NCBI GenBank assembly: GCA_043825875.1
Contig: JBDRRF010000049.1
Span: 27,904 to 91,903 of the forward strand
Direction of reading: 5' to 3'
DNA: 64,000 nt
Source: Pseudomonadota bacterium
GTDB lineage: Bacteria; Desulfobacterota; Desulfobacteria; Desulfobacterales; RPRI01
Of the stretch, positions 38,278 to 47,913 are shown piece by piece. The notes under the pieces were generated by a model, which saw nothing but the letters and a program-made list of their open reading frames with translations, did not search any database and was not told where the DNA came from. Made by a program: the position numbers and the translations under genes. Positions within the stretch are counted from its first letter, which is position 1. The number at the start of each line of letters is the position of its first letter.

Positions 38278-39780
38278 CTATCGATCAAGCTTTGATTTCA
38301 ACATCGCCAAATTGCGGCGTGCACCGGGATCCTTTGGACTTAGCTGAATGGCCTTGTTGTAATCAGCAATCGCCTCATTGATATTGCCCTTCATTCCCAA
38401 ATAGAGTCCTCGGCCAGAATACGCCCTGAAATCATTCGGTTTCAATTGAATGGCTTTACTAAAATCACTTATCGCCTCGTCAATATAGCCGTCTTCACCA
38501 AAAGAACTTCCCCTGGCATAGTATGCTTCAACATATCTTGGATTTATTTGAATGGCTTTACTAAAATCACTGATAGCTTTATCAGTATATCCTTTTATTT
38601 GTAAATAATAACCCCGAGCATAATACGACATAGCATAATTTGGTTTTAGTTGAATAGCTTTGCCATAGTCAGCTATTGCCCGGTCATATTCTCCTTTTTT
38701 ACCCCAAGAGTTCGCCCGGCCGTAATATGCTTTTTCAAATTTTGGATTTATTTGAATTGCCTTGTTATAATCAGCGATCGCCTCATCAAAATCGCCCTTT
38801 TCATCAAGATAGAAACCCCGTCCGTAATATGCTTTAACATAATTTGGTCTTAACTGAATGGCCTTACCATAATCAGTGAATGCCTGATTGTAATCGCCTT
38901 TTCTACCCCAGGCGTTTGCGCGATAGTAATATGCCTCAACATAATTTGGATTTAACTGGATGGCCTTGCTATAATCAGTAATTGCTTTATCATAATTACC
39001 TTTTCTGCTCCAGGAGTATCCACGGCCATAATATGCCTTGGCATCATCTGGATTTAATTGAATAGCTTTGTCATAGTCAGCGATTGCCTGGTTAAAATCA
39101 GCTTTTTTGCGCTGGAAGAAATCCCGGCTATAATATGCTTTTGCATAATTTTGATTAATTTGAACGGCCTTGTCATAATCAGTTTTTGCCTTGTTATTAT
39201 TACCAGTGTTTAGCCAATATAATCCACGGTTGTAGTATGCATGAGAGTACTTTGTGTTTATTTGAATGGCCTTGCTGTAATCGGCAAATACCTTGTTGAA
39301 TTGATTCGTAAGCAGGTAACTGTTGCCCCGGTACAAATAAAATGCGGGGATCTCTACTATATTAATGGCTTTATCAAAGTGTTCAACAGCCATATTAAAC
39401 TCTTTGTTTCTATATGCATTAACGCCTCTTTTATATATATCAAGGGCTCTTTCTTTGTCTTTTACTAGCTTACCTTTATATTTCTTGTCTATTTCACTTT
39501 CTACTTCTTGCTGAGTGGGCAAGTATAATTTGCTCAGTAATATATTATTCTTTTGAGCATTATATCTTGCGGAGGAACTTTCGATTAATATGAATTTATC
39601 AATCAAAGGATAGGCTGCATTCAACAAAATAATGATTCCGGCAAAAATAAAAATTCGTTTAGTTAATATTTTTGTTGCGGCTTGTTTGTCTATCTTTATA
39701 TTTTTATTGTAGCCGAGCCATAAAATCAGAGTGCCTGTAACAATAACTGTAAAATTAATTATTAAGATAATTACGTTCAT
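38278..39780 (-). CDS. Membrane-anchored TPR protein (2 TM + about 11 34-aa TPRs)
   Basis: Two hydrophobic N-terminal helices; repeats AYY.RG..W..KG.YD.AIADY.KAIQLNP. Confidence 0.9.
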   Translation of the reverse strand: MNVIILIINFTVIVTGTLILWLGYNKNIKIDKQAATKILTKRIFIFAGIIILLNAAYPLIDKFILIESSSARYNAQKNNILLSKLYLPTQQEVESEIDKKYKGKLVKDKERALDIYKRGVNAYRNKEFNMAVEHFDKAINIVEIPAFYLYRGNSYLLTNQFNKVFADYSKAIQINTKYSHAYYNRGLYWLNTGNNNKAKTDYDKAVQINQNYAKAYYSRDFFQRKKADFNQAIADYDKAIQLNPDDAKAYYGRGYSWSRKGNYDKAITDYSKAIQLNPNYVEAYYYRANAWGRKGDYNQAFTDYGKAIQLRPNYVKAYYGRGFYLDEKGDFDEAIADYNKAIQINPKFEKAYYGRANSWGKKGEYDRAIADYGKAIQLKPNYAMSYYARGYYLQIKGYTDKAISDFSKAIQINPRYVEAYYARGSSFGEDGYIDEAISDFSKAIQLKPNDFRAYSGRGLYLGMKGNINEAIADYNKAIQLSPKDPGARRNLAMLKSKLDR

Positions 39781-40001
39781 CGAAATACCTCTGGGTTGTA
39801 TATGGGAAGGGAAATATAACGATTATATGTTGTAGGCAGCTCCTTCTTCAAAAGTCTCTTTTGTGATAGAATGTAATCTCTTATCCACTGCATAGCCACC
39901 CATTACCTATAATCAAAATCTTCCCGCCTCAATTCCACTTGATTTTCATATGCCATCCCCTACCCGGAGTTCATGAGTTAAAAATATTTTCTTTTTCTTC
40001 T

Positions 40002-40167
40002 TTATACTGTTGCCGGCATTTCCTTCGGATTCGGCCCGTATTGATTACTGCCTGGGTTACTGTCCGTTGCTGCAAGCACTGTAATCCAAATTGCTCCGAC
40101 AATCGGAATTAATAAAACTAAAATCATCCAGCCATTTTTTCCGATATCGTGAAGCCTTCTTACTATT
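40002..40167 (-). pseudogene. DUF805 (YhaH-like) C-terminal fragment
   Basis: VRRLHDIGKNGWMILVLLIPIVGAIW...DSNPGSNQYGPNPK, with no N-terminal half or start. Confidence 0.85.
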
Positions 40168-40188
40168 ATGGTTTATCTTTAACTGCTT

Positions 40189-40533
40189 TCAACACGTTAG
40201 ATGAAAGCAGGCTGCTACAAATTCGGATTCTTTTTTCAGTTTATTGAATGTGATAACGGCATGCTCTGTTGGCAAAACTACAACACGGATGTTTTTTGCC
40301 TTAAGATCGGCAGTGAAACCGCGTACAGGCTTCATCATTCCCGGATCGCCTGTTCCAACAACAAGAACGCCTGGAGTTGATTTGACAATCTCTTCTATAT
40401 CAGAAACTGCAAGTACATGGCTGGTCTTTCGCCACCAGGGACTGATAATTTTACCATCGGCCATGATAATTATATCCCTGGTATATGGATGACCGTTGAT
40501 TATTATTTTACCAAATGAATAGGATTCAATCAT
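40189..40533 (-). CDS. Mth938-like (DUF498) protein
   Basis: MIESYSFGKIIING..Y..DIII, WWRK.SH, LVVGTG and ACFHLTC. Confidence 0.88.
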   Translation of the reverse strand: MIESYSFGKIIINGHPYTRDIIIMADGKIISPWWRKTSHVLAVSDIEEIVKSTPGVLVVGTGDPGMMKPVRGFTADLKAKNIRVVVLPTEHAVITFNKLKKESEFVAACFHLTC

Positions 40534-40557
40534 AGTGTATACCACTATCAATTATTA

Positions 40558-40699
40558 GAGCCAGTTTCAAAACGTCCCATTTTGGCCGATCTCTGCGTTG
40601 GGTGAAAATTTTAATCCTCGAAATACCCCATGTATTCCTGCGGTTAAAATTTTAACCCGCCTTGACCTTGACCAAACTGAAACGTTTTGAAAGTGGCTC
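40558..40699 (-). mobile_element. MITE copy 5 (142 bp, most diverged interior)
   Basis: Same family; TSD ATTA. Confidence 0.92.
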
Positions 40700-40726
40700 A
40701 TTAATATGAAGACCATTCAACAAGGT

Positions 40727-41278
40727 TCAACCTGTATGCTTTTTAATCCATGCTACATACTTGTCTATCCAGTTTTGAAAAAATGGTTTGCTGTCTGCAC
40801 TTATATCGCCTGTATTGTCAAACAAACCATCTTTTACATGAATAAAGGCTTCGGGTTGGCCAAGCACAAATACATCCAGACATGCAAGAACATTGCGCAA
40901 ATGTTGTTGTGCCAGTGCTGTGCCAATAACTCCGATTGAAGCCCCTATAACGCCGGCAGGCTTTTTTGCCCATGCGCTTTGTCCATAAGGACGTGAAGCA
41001 TGGTCGATTGCATTCTTGAGCACACCGGGTATTGAACGGTTATATTCCGGCGTAACGAACAAAAGACCATCGGAGCCTTTAATTTCGTTTTTCAGACGTT
41101 TGACGGATTCGGCTTGATTAGCGTCATCATCCTGGTTGTAGAGCGGAAGATCGCCTATTTGAAGTTGTTTGAATGAAAACTCAGACGGAGCCAACTTTGC
41201 TATAGCATTTGCCAATTTACGGTTGAATGAATCTTGACGAAGGCTTCCTATGAAAACGGCAATATTGTATTTGCTCAT
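40727..41278 (-). CDS. NAD(P)H-dependent FMN reductase (ChrR/YieF family)
   Basis: GSLRQDSFN, DLPLYNQD and FVTPEYNRSIPGVLKNAID. Confidence 0.92.
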   Translation of the reverse strand: MSKYNIAVFIGSLRQDSFNRKLANAIAKLAPSEFSFKQLQIGDLPLYNQDDDANQAESVKRLKNEIKGSDGLLFVTPEYNRSIPGVLKNAIDHASRPYGQSAWAKKPAGVIGASIGVIGTALAQQHLRNVLACLDVFVLGQPEAFIHVKDGLFDNTGDISADSKPFFQNWIDKYVAWIKKHTG

Positions 41279-41452
41279 AACTTTACTCCTTTATGTGATT
41301 TTATCAAATTAAAAGGATTCAATCATAGTACAATGCAACAAGCAGTTATAAATATATACAGAATTTAAGTTGAAGGTTTGATATTTGATATAGATTAAAA
41401 GGCCTGATAAAAACAATAAGCCTGATTATTATGAAATTGAATATAATCTATT

Positions 41453-41594
41453 GAGCCAGTTTAAAAACGCCCCATTTTGGCCGATCTCTGCGTTGGGCTC
41501 AAATTTCAATCCTCGAAATACTCGATGTATTCCTGTGGTTGAAATTTTCGCCCGCCTTGAGCTTGACCAAACTGAAACGTTTTGAAAGTGGCTC
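41453..41594 (-). mobile_element. MITE copy 6 (142 bp)
   Basis: Same family; TSD TATT. Confidence 0.92.
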
Positions 41595-41645
41595 TATTGA
41601 AAGATATTTTGCAATAAAAAGTAAGATTCTGAAATGATTTATTAT

Positions 41646-41674
41646 TGTGCGGCCCTTTTATTAAAGGCCGCACA
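41646..41674 (-). terminator. Hairpin terminator downstream of the decarboxylase gene
   Basis: 9 bp stem TGTGCGGCC...GGCCGCACA, 10 nt past the stop codon. Confidence 0.6.
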
Positions 41675-41684
41675 TGTTTTTATA

Positions 41685-43418
41685 TTACCCTTTTATGCTT
41701 CTTGGCAAAATCATATGATTTTGCGGGCAGATTGATTTTGGATTCTGATATGCTGAACCTGCAAAAGCTATAAGATACTTTCTTAATTCATTTAACTGAA
41801 CAATTTCGTCAAGAAGGCCGGTTTTTGCACAAAAATCAGGTCTTGAATAATCATAATATTTTTTTGCCAGCTCATTCATTTTATCAATAATCGGCTCAAG
41901 AGGTTTTCCAGCAGCTTTATCTTTTACCAATCTTCGCGAATATGTGGCTGCTGCTGCTGTTTCTCCATGCATAACATAAATCTCGCTTGTAGCTGTTCCA
42001 AGCGTGAAGGCATTATGATCGTTTCCGGTCGGGCCACCCATAAGATAGTGAGCTGCGGCCGAACCCTTTCTTAAGACAACAAGAATTTGCGGAACATCAG
42101 TTTGCTGTATGGAATAAATAAGAGACTGGCCAAGGCCAAGGAGTTCCGCTTTTTCTGCAAGATCGCCTACATCAATGCCGGTTGTATCCTGGAACCATAT
42201 GATAGGAAGCCTGTCACGGCCGCAAAGTGTCACAAACTCATTCATCTTTATAAGCCCCTGCCTATAAAGCTTTCCGCCTATGCCCGGATAAGGGGCATAT
42301 TCAGGATAATGTTCCCTTAAAAACCCCTGGTTATTTCCTATACAGCCAACAGGAAAACCATCAACTTTGCAAATACCTGTATATACTTCCGGGCCATATT
42401 CCGGACGATATTCCATATGCTCACTGCCATCAACAAGACGGGATAAAATATCCTTAAAATCATATGTTCTTTTTTGATTGAAAGGAAGTAAATAGTAGAG
42501 CTCATCAGTAGAATATTTAGGAGATTTAGGTTCTGCCACCCTGAAAAATTTTGGATTGTATGAGGGCATGTCTCTCATATAATCTTTAAGACCATCCAGT
42601 ACTCCTGTTTCTTCTTCAAAAACATACCGGAAGAAGCCAGTTTCATTATAATGAATATCAACAGATCCGGGTGGTTTTTCTTTGAATTGCTTTGCTGCCG
42701 CTATCAAAGCTTCAGCACCTTCCAGATCAAAGTTACCCTTGGGCGACATTCCGCTTAATATGCCTCCTCCTCCGACCGCAATATTACAATTTTTATGAGC
42801 AAATAAAACAGTAGGGCTTATTCCCTGGTAGCCGCCTCCCGCAGGATTAGTGCCATATATACCGGCTAAAACAGGTATTCCCATTGTTTCAAGCTCGGCA
42901 TGTCTGTAAAATGGTGTTCCAGAGCCACGACGGCCTCCATAAAATTTTTCCTGTTCGGGCAATTGGACACCGCTACAGTTTACTAGCCAGACAAGAGGGA
43001 TATTAAGTCTTTTTGACAGATCAGTCACACGAAGTATATTTTCAGATTGTCCCGGAAGCCATGCTCCTGCCATCACTTTATTGTCAAACCCTATGATTAC
43101 CGCCCATTTGCCGGATATTTTCCCAAGACCATCAATAACATTGGTTGTTCCCTCAGGGATATTCATAGGATTATATATTGTGTGCAGAGGGCACCATGTT
43201 CCAGGATCGACCAGATATGCAAGTCTTTGCCAGACAGTCATCTCGCCTCTCTGATTAATTTTTTCGGTTGGGAAGCCTGCGTTTTTTACCTTTTCAACCT
43301 CATCCCTGATCTGTTTTTCAACATCTTTTATCTGTTCAACATTATCCTTGCTGCTTTTTTTATGCCCTTCTGTAAGTTCTTTGCCTAAATCGGGCATTTT
43401 TTCAAAATAAGGTCTCAT
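41685..43418 (-). CDS. gcdA: Glutaconyl-CoA decarboxylase alpha (carboxyltransferase) subunit
   Basis: DNKVMAGAW, GTNPAGGGY, FQDTTGIDVG, RKGSAAAHY, VMHGETAA and YQNPKSICP; adjacent to an acyl-CoA dehydrogenase. Confidence 0.85.
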   Translation of the reverse strand: MRPYFEKMPDLGKELTEGHKKSSKDNVEQIKDVEKQIRDEVEKVKNAGFPTEKINQRGEMTVWQRLAYLVDPGTWCPLHTIYNPMNIPEGTTNVIDGLGKISGKWAVIIGFDNKVMAGAWLPGQSENILRVTDLSKRLNIPLVWLVNCSGVQLPEQEKFYGGRRGSGTPFYRHAELETMGIPVLAGIYGTNPAGGGYQGISPTVLFAHKNCNIAVGGGGILSGMSPKGNFDLEGAEALIAAAKQFKEKPPGSVDIHYNETGFFRYVFEEETGVLDGLKDYMRDMPSYNPKFFRVAEPKSPKYSTDELYYLLPFNQKRTYDFKDILSRLVDGSEHMEYRPEYGPEVYTGICKVDGFPVGCIGNNQGFLREHYPEYAPYPGIGGKLYRQGLIKMNEFVTLCGRDRLPIIWFQDTTGIDVGDLAEKAELLGLGQSLIYSIQQTDVPQILVVLRKGSAAAHYLMGGPTGNDHNAFTLGTATSEIYVMHGETAAAATYSRRLVKDKAAGKPLEPIIDKMNELAKKYYDYSRPDFCAKTGLLDEIVQLNELRKYLIAFAGSAYQNPKSICPQNHMILPRSIKG

Positions 43419-43554
43419 GTTCTAACTCCCGTTAAAAACTTTCACATTTATACAATAAGTGCAATAACTGCACGACTCGTTAATATCGTCTGCATTTAAC
43501 AAAGATATTATTGAAAGATTCCCCACTGAAAAAAATCGGGGAATTTTCGACCAT

Positions 43555-43950
43555 TCATTTAATAGGCCACATTTCTTTTTCTTCCAGAACAGCTCTTAAT
43601 ACTTTCAAAGCCGAATTCATTGCCGGAACACCTCCGTAAGTACTTGTCTGAAATATTACCTCAGCAATTTCTTCCGGAGTACATCCGACATTAAGCGCAG
43701 CCTGTATATGAAGTTTTAATTCATCCAAGTGCGATAAAACAGTAAGTGCTGCAACTGTAACAAGCTGTCTTGTGGTATGGGGAATCTTTTCCCTTGCGTA
43801 CATCCGACCTGTAATAAAAAGAGAAAGTTCATTTGCAAGCTTTTTATCAAAAGACTTCCAAAGCTCATAAGGCCTTTCTCCTTCTACATCTTTAAAATAA
43901 AGAGCGGCGGTTTGTTTTGTTTTTTCAAAAACATCGTCTTCCAAGATCAA
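43555..43950 (-). CDS. Carboxymuconolactone decarboxylase/AhpD-family protein
   Basis: TRQLVTVAAL..L...ELKLHIQAALNVG..PEEI.EVI.Q...YGG.P. Confidence 0.88.
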   Translation of the reverse strand: MILEDDVFEKTKQTAALYFKDVEGERPYELWKSFDKKLANELSLFITGRMYAREKIPHTTRQLVTVAALTVLSHLDELKLHIQAALNVGCTPEEIAEVIFQTSTYGGVPAMNSALKVLRAVLEEKEMWPIK

Positions 43951-43967
43951 ATTCCCCTTTTAAAATA

Positions 43968-45131
43968 CTATCTGTTTGCCTTTCTAATTCCAAGCTGATC
44001 CTGAGCTATTATCCATTTGCAGATATTCGCCGATCCTTCAACCATTGTATATGTCGGAGCATCTCTGTAGTAACGGGCAACTGGATATTCGGTTGAATAA
44101 CCGTAAGCGCCTAATATCCGCATAGCATAATTTGCACATTTGCTTGCGGTTTCGCCTGCAAAATATTTAGCCTGCGCCACCTCAAGCCCATTATTCAAAT
44201 TACCTTCATCTTTTGTGCAGGCCGCTCTATAAACCAGAAAGCGTGCAGCCTCTATCTCAGCATTCATCTGGCCTACCATATCCTGATTCATCTGGAATTT
44301 GCCGATTTCCTGGCCAAACTGTTTTCTCTCCATAGCATATTTTGTCACAACATCAAGACATGCCTGAGCCAGACCGACTCCACCTGCTGCTGCAGAAAGA
44401 CGTGTCTGATTGAGTGATCCGAAGACAATCTTTGTACCGTCACCGGCTTTTCCAATTATATTTTCTTTGGGCACTTTTGTGTCTGTAAGATAAATTTCTC
44501 CGGTGGGTGAAGATCTTGAGCCCATCTTATCCAAATCTGTTGTACGGATACCATTAAAATTCTTCAGCTCAACCACAAATGCCGAAAGGCCCTTAGCCCC
44601 GGCAGCTTTATCGGTATAGGCATAATAGATTACAGCATCGGCAACATTGGCATTTGATATCCATGTTTTGGAGCCGTTTAACAACCAATGATCGCCTTTG
44701 TCTTCCGCTATGGATTTGATAGCCATTACATCCGATCCGGCATCAGGCTCAGTAATTGCAAATCCGCCCACATATTCGGCGCTGACAAGTTTGGAGATAT
44801 ATTTCTTTTTGACTTCTTCATTTCCATATTTAAATATGGTGTAAGCACATCCAAGAGTCTGCATGTTGACCTGAACCCGAAGCGAGCTTGATGCCCTTGC
44901 AATCTCTTCAGTTACAATCATTGCGGCCAGCCAGCCCATTTCCGATCCGCCGTATTCTTCCGGAATAACCGTACCAAAAAAGCCAAGTTCACCCATTGGT
45001 TTTACAACTTCATTATATGGGAAATAATGATTCATATCCCACTCATCTGCAAACGGGGCGATTTTTTCATCTGCGAAATCACGCACCGTGTCTTTAAGCA
45101 TTTGAAGTTCTTCTGATAACTTAAAATCCAT
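43968..45131 (-). CDS. acd: Acyl-CoA dehydrogenase, probably non-decarboxylating glutaryl-CoA dehydrogenase
   Basis: FAITEPDAGSD, NGSKTWISN, ERKQFG and YRDAPTYTMVEGSANI; clustered with gcdA. Confidence 0.8.
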   Translation of the reverse strand: MDFKLSEELQMLKDTVRDFADEKIAPFADEWDMNHYFPYNEVVKPMGELGFFGTVIPEEYGGSEMGWLAAMIVTEEIARASSSLRVQVNMQTLGCAYTIFKYGNEEVKKKYISKLVSAEYVGGFAITEPDAGSDVMAIKSIAEDKGDHWLLNGSKTWISNANVADAVIYYAYTDKAAGAKGLSAFVVELKNFNGIRTTDLDKMGSRSSPTGEIYLTDTKVPKENIIGKAGDGTKIVFGSLNQTRLSAAAGGVGLAQACLDVVTKYAMERKQFGQEIGKFQMNQDMVGQMNAEIEAARFLVYRAACTKDEGNLNNGLEVAQAKYFAGETASKCANYAMRILGAYGYSTEYPVARYYRDAPTYTMVEGSANICKWIIAQDQLGIRKANR

Positions 45132-45251
45132 TTTTTCCTCCTGACAATAATTATTTTACATATTTTAAATTAAGTCTTCCATAAATTATAAATATTTATC
45201 ATATGACAGAAAAAAGCATGTCCTGTCAATGCACTTTTTCCTGTTGTTTTA

Positions 45252-45653
45252 TCATGCAATCTTTTTTCCGGGCAATGGCGCTCCTACCGTGTAAACCTCA
45301 TCAACTTTTATGGTTCCAACCGCTTTTACATTCATCTTCTTTTGCCTTGCATTTTCAGAAAATTTATCAAAAAGTTCTCCGCTGGTCAAAAATCCCTGAA
45401 ATATTCCCTTTACCTGAAAGCCTACACCAGGCTCTGCTCCAAGTGCAAGAACCGCCACTTTATTATTTAATTCTAGATTCTTATTTGTTTTACCGCCAAA
45501 TATATCGGCAAAGGCTATTGTTTCTTCATCTATTGCTCTTAAACTACCCTTTGGCACTACATTTATTTCCGAAAGCGTGCCGGCTGTGGCCAGAACTTTA
45601 GTGCTTTTAAGGTCATTAAATACATCCATAACTTCTTTGGGCATTTTAGCCAT
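45252..45653 (-). CDS. Pyridoxamine 5'-phosphate oxidase-like flavin-binding protein
   Basis: KVLATA...INVVP, FADIFGGKTNKNL..N.KVA and GFQVKG. Confidence 0.8.
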   Translation of the reverse strand: MAKMPKEVMDVFNDLKSTKVLATAGTLSEINVVPKGSLRAIDEETIAFADIFGGKTNKNLELNNKVAVLALGAEPGVGFQVKGIFQGFLTSGELFDKFSENARQKKMNVKAVGTIKVDEVYTVGAPLPGKKIA

Positions 45654-45702
45654 AATATTTGTCTCCTTATTTTTTTAATAATCAATCACCATTGTCTTTA
45701 TT

Positions 45703-46500
45703 TTATTTATCAAGAATTTTTACAATTCTCCTATTTATTTTATTCTTGTTTTTCATATTTTCATCCGCACTGATTATTTTAAGTCGATTTTGCGCAAATA
45801 GCTGTATACATTCAGGATATAGTTCCCATTCAAGAGCAAGCCCCTTTTTCTTAATTGAATCTAAAGTATCATCTTCTTTTATATCAAAAGCTTTTTGGCC
45901 GATGATAGGTCCTGAATCTTCGCCATAATCTATAAAATGAACTGTGCATCCACCCACTTTTGCTCCATACCGGAATGTATCACCATAACCGTCAACACCC
46001 GGAAAAGAAGGAAGTAAAGCAGGATGTATGTTCATAATACGCGGACTTTTCGGATCTATGTTTATCCTGTCGATAAAATATGGAGTCAGATTTCGCATAA
46101 AACCGGCAAGAACCAAAAGATCAAAAGGATAATCTTTCATTTTTTCAAGAAGCTTTGCTTCGGCAATTACCCTTGTATAAATAAAATTCTTTATCTTCTG
46201 CAAATCCGTATTTTCGGAAAATATGGACAGTTTGTAAATAACATCCTTTTCGTCAAAATCATCAGGCAAATTCATACTATCCGGGTTTTTCATGAAATTC
46301 TTGATAATGGAATCGTAATCAACCTCAAATGTCGGGATATTATGCTTTGAAGCCCTTTCAAGACCCTTTGCTAAAGGATTGTCAGAGCCAACAAACACCA
46401 TTTCACCTTCAATCATGCCCTGCTCACAAGAATCAATTATAGCTTGCAAATTTGTTCCGCTTCCTGATATTAAAGCGCCTATACGGATTAAATTCCCCAT
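45703..46500 (-). CDS. purN: Phosphoribosylglycinamide formyltransferase
   Basis: LISGSGTNLQAI, LAGFMR, MNIHPALLPSFPG and GCTVHFID.GED.GPII. Confidence 0.95.
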   Translation of the reverse strand: MGNLIRIGALISGSGTNLQAIIDSCEQGMIEGEMVFVGSDNPLAKGLERASKHNIPTFEVDYDSIIKNFMKNPDSMNLPDDFDEKDVIYKLSIFSENTDLQKIKNFIYTRVIAEAKLLEKMKDYPFDLLVLAGFMRNLTPYFIDRINIDPKSPRIMNIHPALLPSFPGVDGYGDTFRYGAKVGGCTVHFIDYGEDSGPIIGQKAFDIKEDDTLDSIKKKGLALEWELYPECIQLFAQNRLKIISADENMKNKNKINRRIVKILDK

Positions 46501-46573
46501 GTAAAAGCCTCCAATGCAAATACGACAACAACCGGTTGGTTATTAATTAGAATTTTATTTTAAAATGACACTG

Positions 46574-46602
46574 TTGACAAGATCAAAACATAGAAGTATA
46601 AA
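46574..46602 (+). promoter_or_regulatory. Putative sigma70 promoter of trxA-trxB-bamD
   Basis: TTGACA-17 nt-TATAAA, 42 nt upstream of trxA. Confidence 0.55.
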
Positions 46603-46644
46603 TTAATAAATCAATTTTTTATTTTTATAGAAAGGAAAAATGCC

Positions 46645-46971
46645 ATGTCGGAAGAAATTCTTGAAATAAGCGATGAAAGTTTTGAGTCGGAAGTCATGCA
46701 ATCAGAAAAACCTGTACTGGTCGATTTTTGGGCTCCATGGTGCGGTCCATGCAAAGCTATCGGTCCAATAGTAGAAGAACTTGCCACAGATTTTGCTGAT
46801 AAAGTCAAATTCGTAAAATGCAATATCGACAACAATCCTCTCTCTCCTGCAAAATTTGGAATAAAAGCAATTCCTACCCTTATTGTCTTCAAACAGGGAA
46901 AAGTTGTTGATCAAATTACCGGCATGACAGCAAAGTCCAAGCTTGAAAAAACGATAAACAGCATTTTATAA
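46645..46971 (+). CDS. trxA: Thioredoxin
   Basis: VDFWAPWCGPCK. Confidence 0.97.
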   Translation: MSEEILEISDESFESEVMQSEKPVLVDFWAPWCGPCKAIGPIVEELATDFADKVKFVKCNIDNNPLSPAKFGIKAIPTLIVFKQGKVVDQITGMTAKSKLEKTINSIL

Positions 46972-46986
46972 CAGATTAATACAACT

Positions 46987-47913
46987 ATGGAAAAAGCTGA
47001 CTATGACCTTGTTATAATAGGTGGGGGTCCTGCCGGACTTACGGCCGGAATTTATGCCGCTCGTGCAAAACTTAATGTCGTTCTTTTTGAAAAGCTTGTA
47101 CCGGGTGGGCAGATAATAATTACAGATTGGATCGAAAATTATCCAGGCTTTCCTGATGGAATAAGCGGAACAGATCTTATTGACAAAATGGTAGAACAGG
47201 CTAAAAGGCTTGGCCTTAAAATAGAAAGCAATGAAGTACTTTCAATGGATCTTTCTCAAAAAGTTAAAAAAATAATTTTAGATGATAAAGAAGTGAAATC
47301 TCATGCCGTGATAATAGCCACCGGCGCTCATCCCAGAAACCTTGATGTGCCGGGAGAAGATCTTTTCCATGGCAGAGGAATCTCTTTTTGCGCCACCTGT
47401 GACGGTCCGTTTTACAGAGACAAAATAGTAGCAGCTGTTGGTGGCGGGGATACTGCCGTACAGGAAAGTATATTTCTTACAAAATTTGCCAAAAAAGTAT
47501 ATCTTATTCACAGAAGAGACAGCTTAAGAGCAACAAAAATTTTGCAGGAGCGGGCTTTTGCCAATGAAAAAATAGAATTCATATGGGATTCTGTTGTAAC
47601 CGGCATTAAGGGTTCAAACGGTCTTGAAAAAATAGTTGTAGAAAATGTTAAAACAAAAGATGTTAACGAGCTTGTTGTTGACGGATGTTTTGTGTGGATT
47701 GGGATTTTACCCAATACCGATTTTATTAAAAATGCATTGGAACTTGATGATTACGGGTTCATAATAGCAAATGATAAAATGGAAACTTCGGTTCCGGGTG
47801 TTTTCGCTGCGGGCGATGGTCGAAAAACTCCTTTGCGTCAGGTTGCAACCGCTGTTGGAGATGCTGCAATAGCCGCATTTTCTGCTGAACAATATATTGA
47901 AAGCATTAAATAG
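46987..47913 (+). CDS. trxB: Thioredoxin-disulfide reductase
   Basis: GGGPAGL, CATCDG, GGGDTA and FAAGD. Confidence 0.96.
   Translation: MEKADYDLVIIGGGPAGLTAGIYAARAKLNVVLFEKLVPGGQIIITDWIENYPGFPDGISGTDLIDKMVEQAKRLGLKIESNEVLSMDLSQKVKKIILDDKEVKSHAVIIATGAHPRNLDVPGEDLFHGRGISFCATCDGPFYRDKIVAAVGGGDTAVQESIFLTKFAKKVYLIHRRDSLRATKILQERAFANEKIEFIWDSVVTGIKGSNGLEKIVVENVKTKDVNELVVDGCFVWIGILPNTDFIKNALELDDYGFIIANDKMETSVPGVFAAGDGRKTPLRQVATAVGDAAIAAFSAEQYIESIK

Noticed and set aside
35800..39300. TPR repeat arrays as DGR template/variable repeats
   Set aside because: There is no reverse transcriptase, and the differences are not adenine-specific; these are ordinary coding tandem repeats.
40558..41594. Composite transposon of MITEs 5 and 6 carrying the FMN reductase
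   Set aside because: Each copy has its own TSD (ATTA, TATT) and the outer flanks differ, so these were independent insertions.
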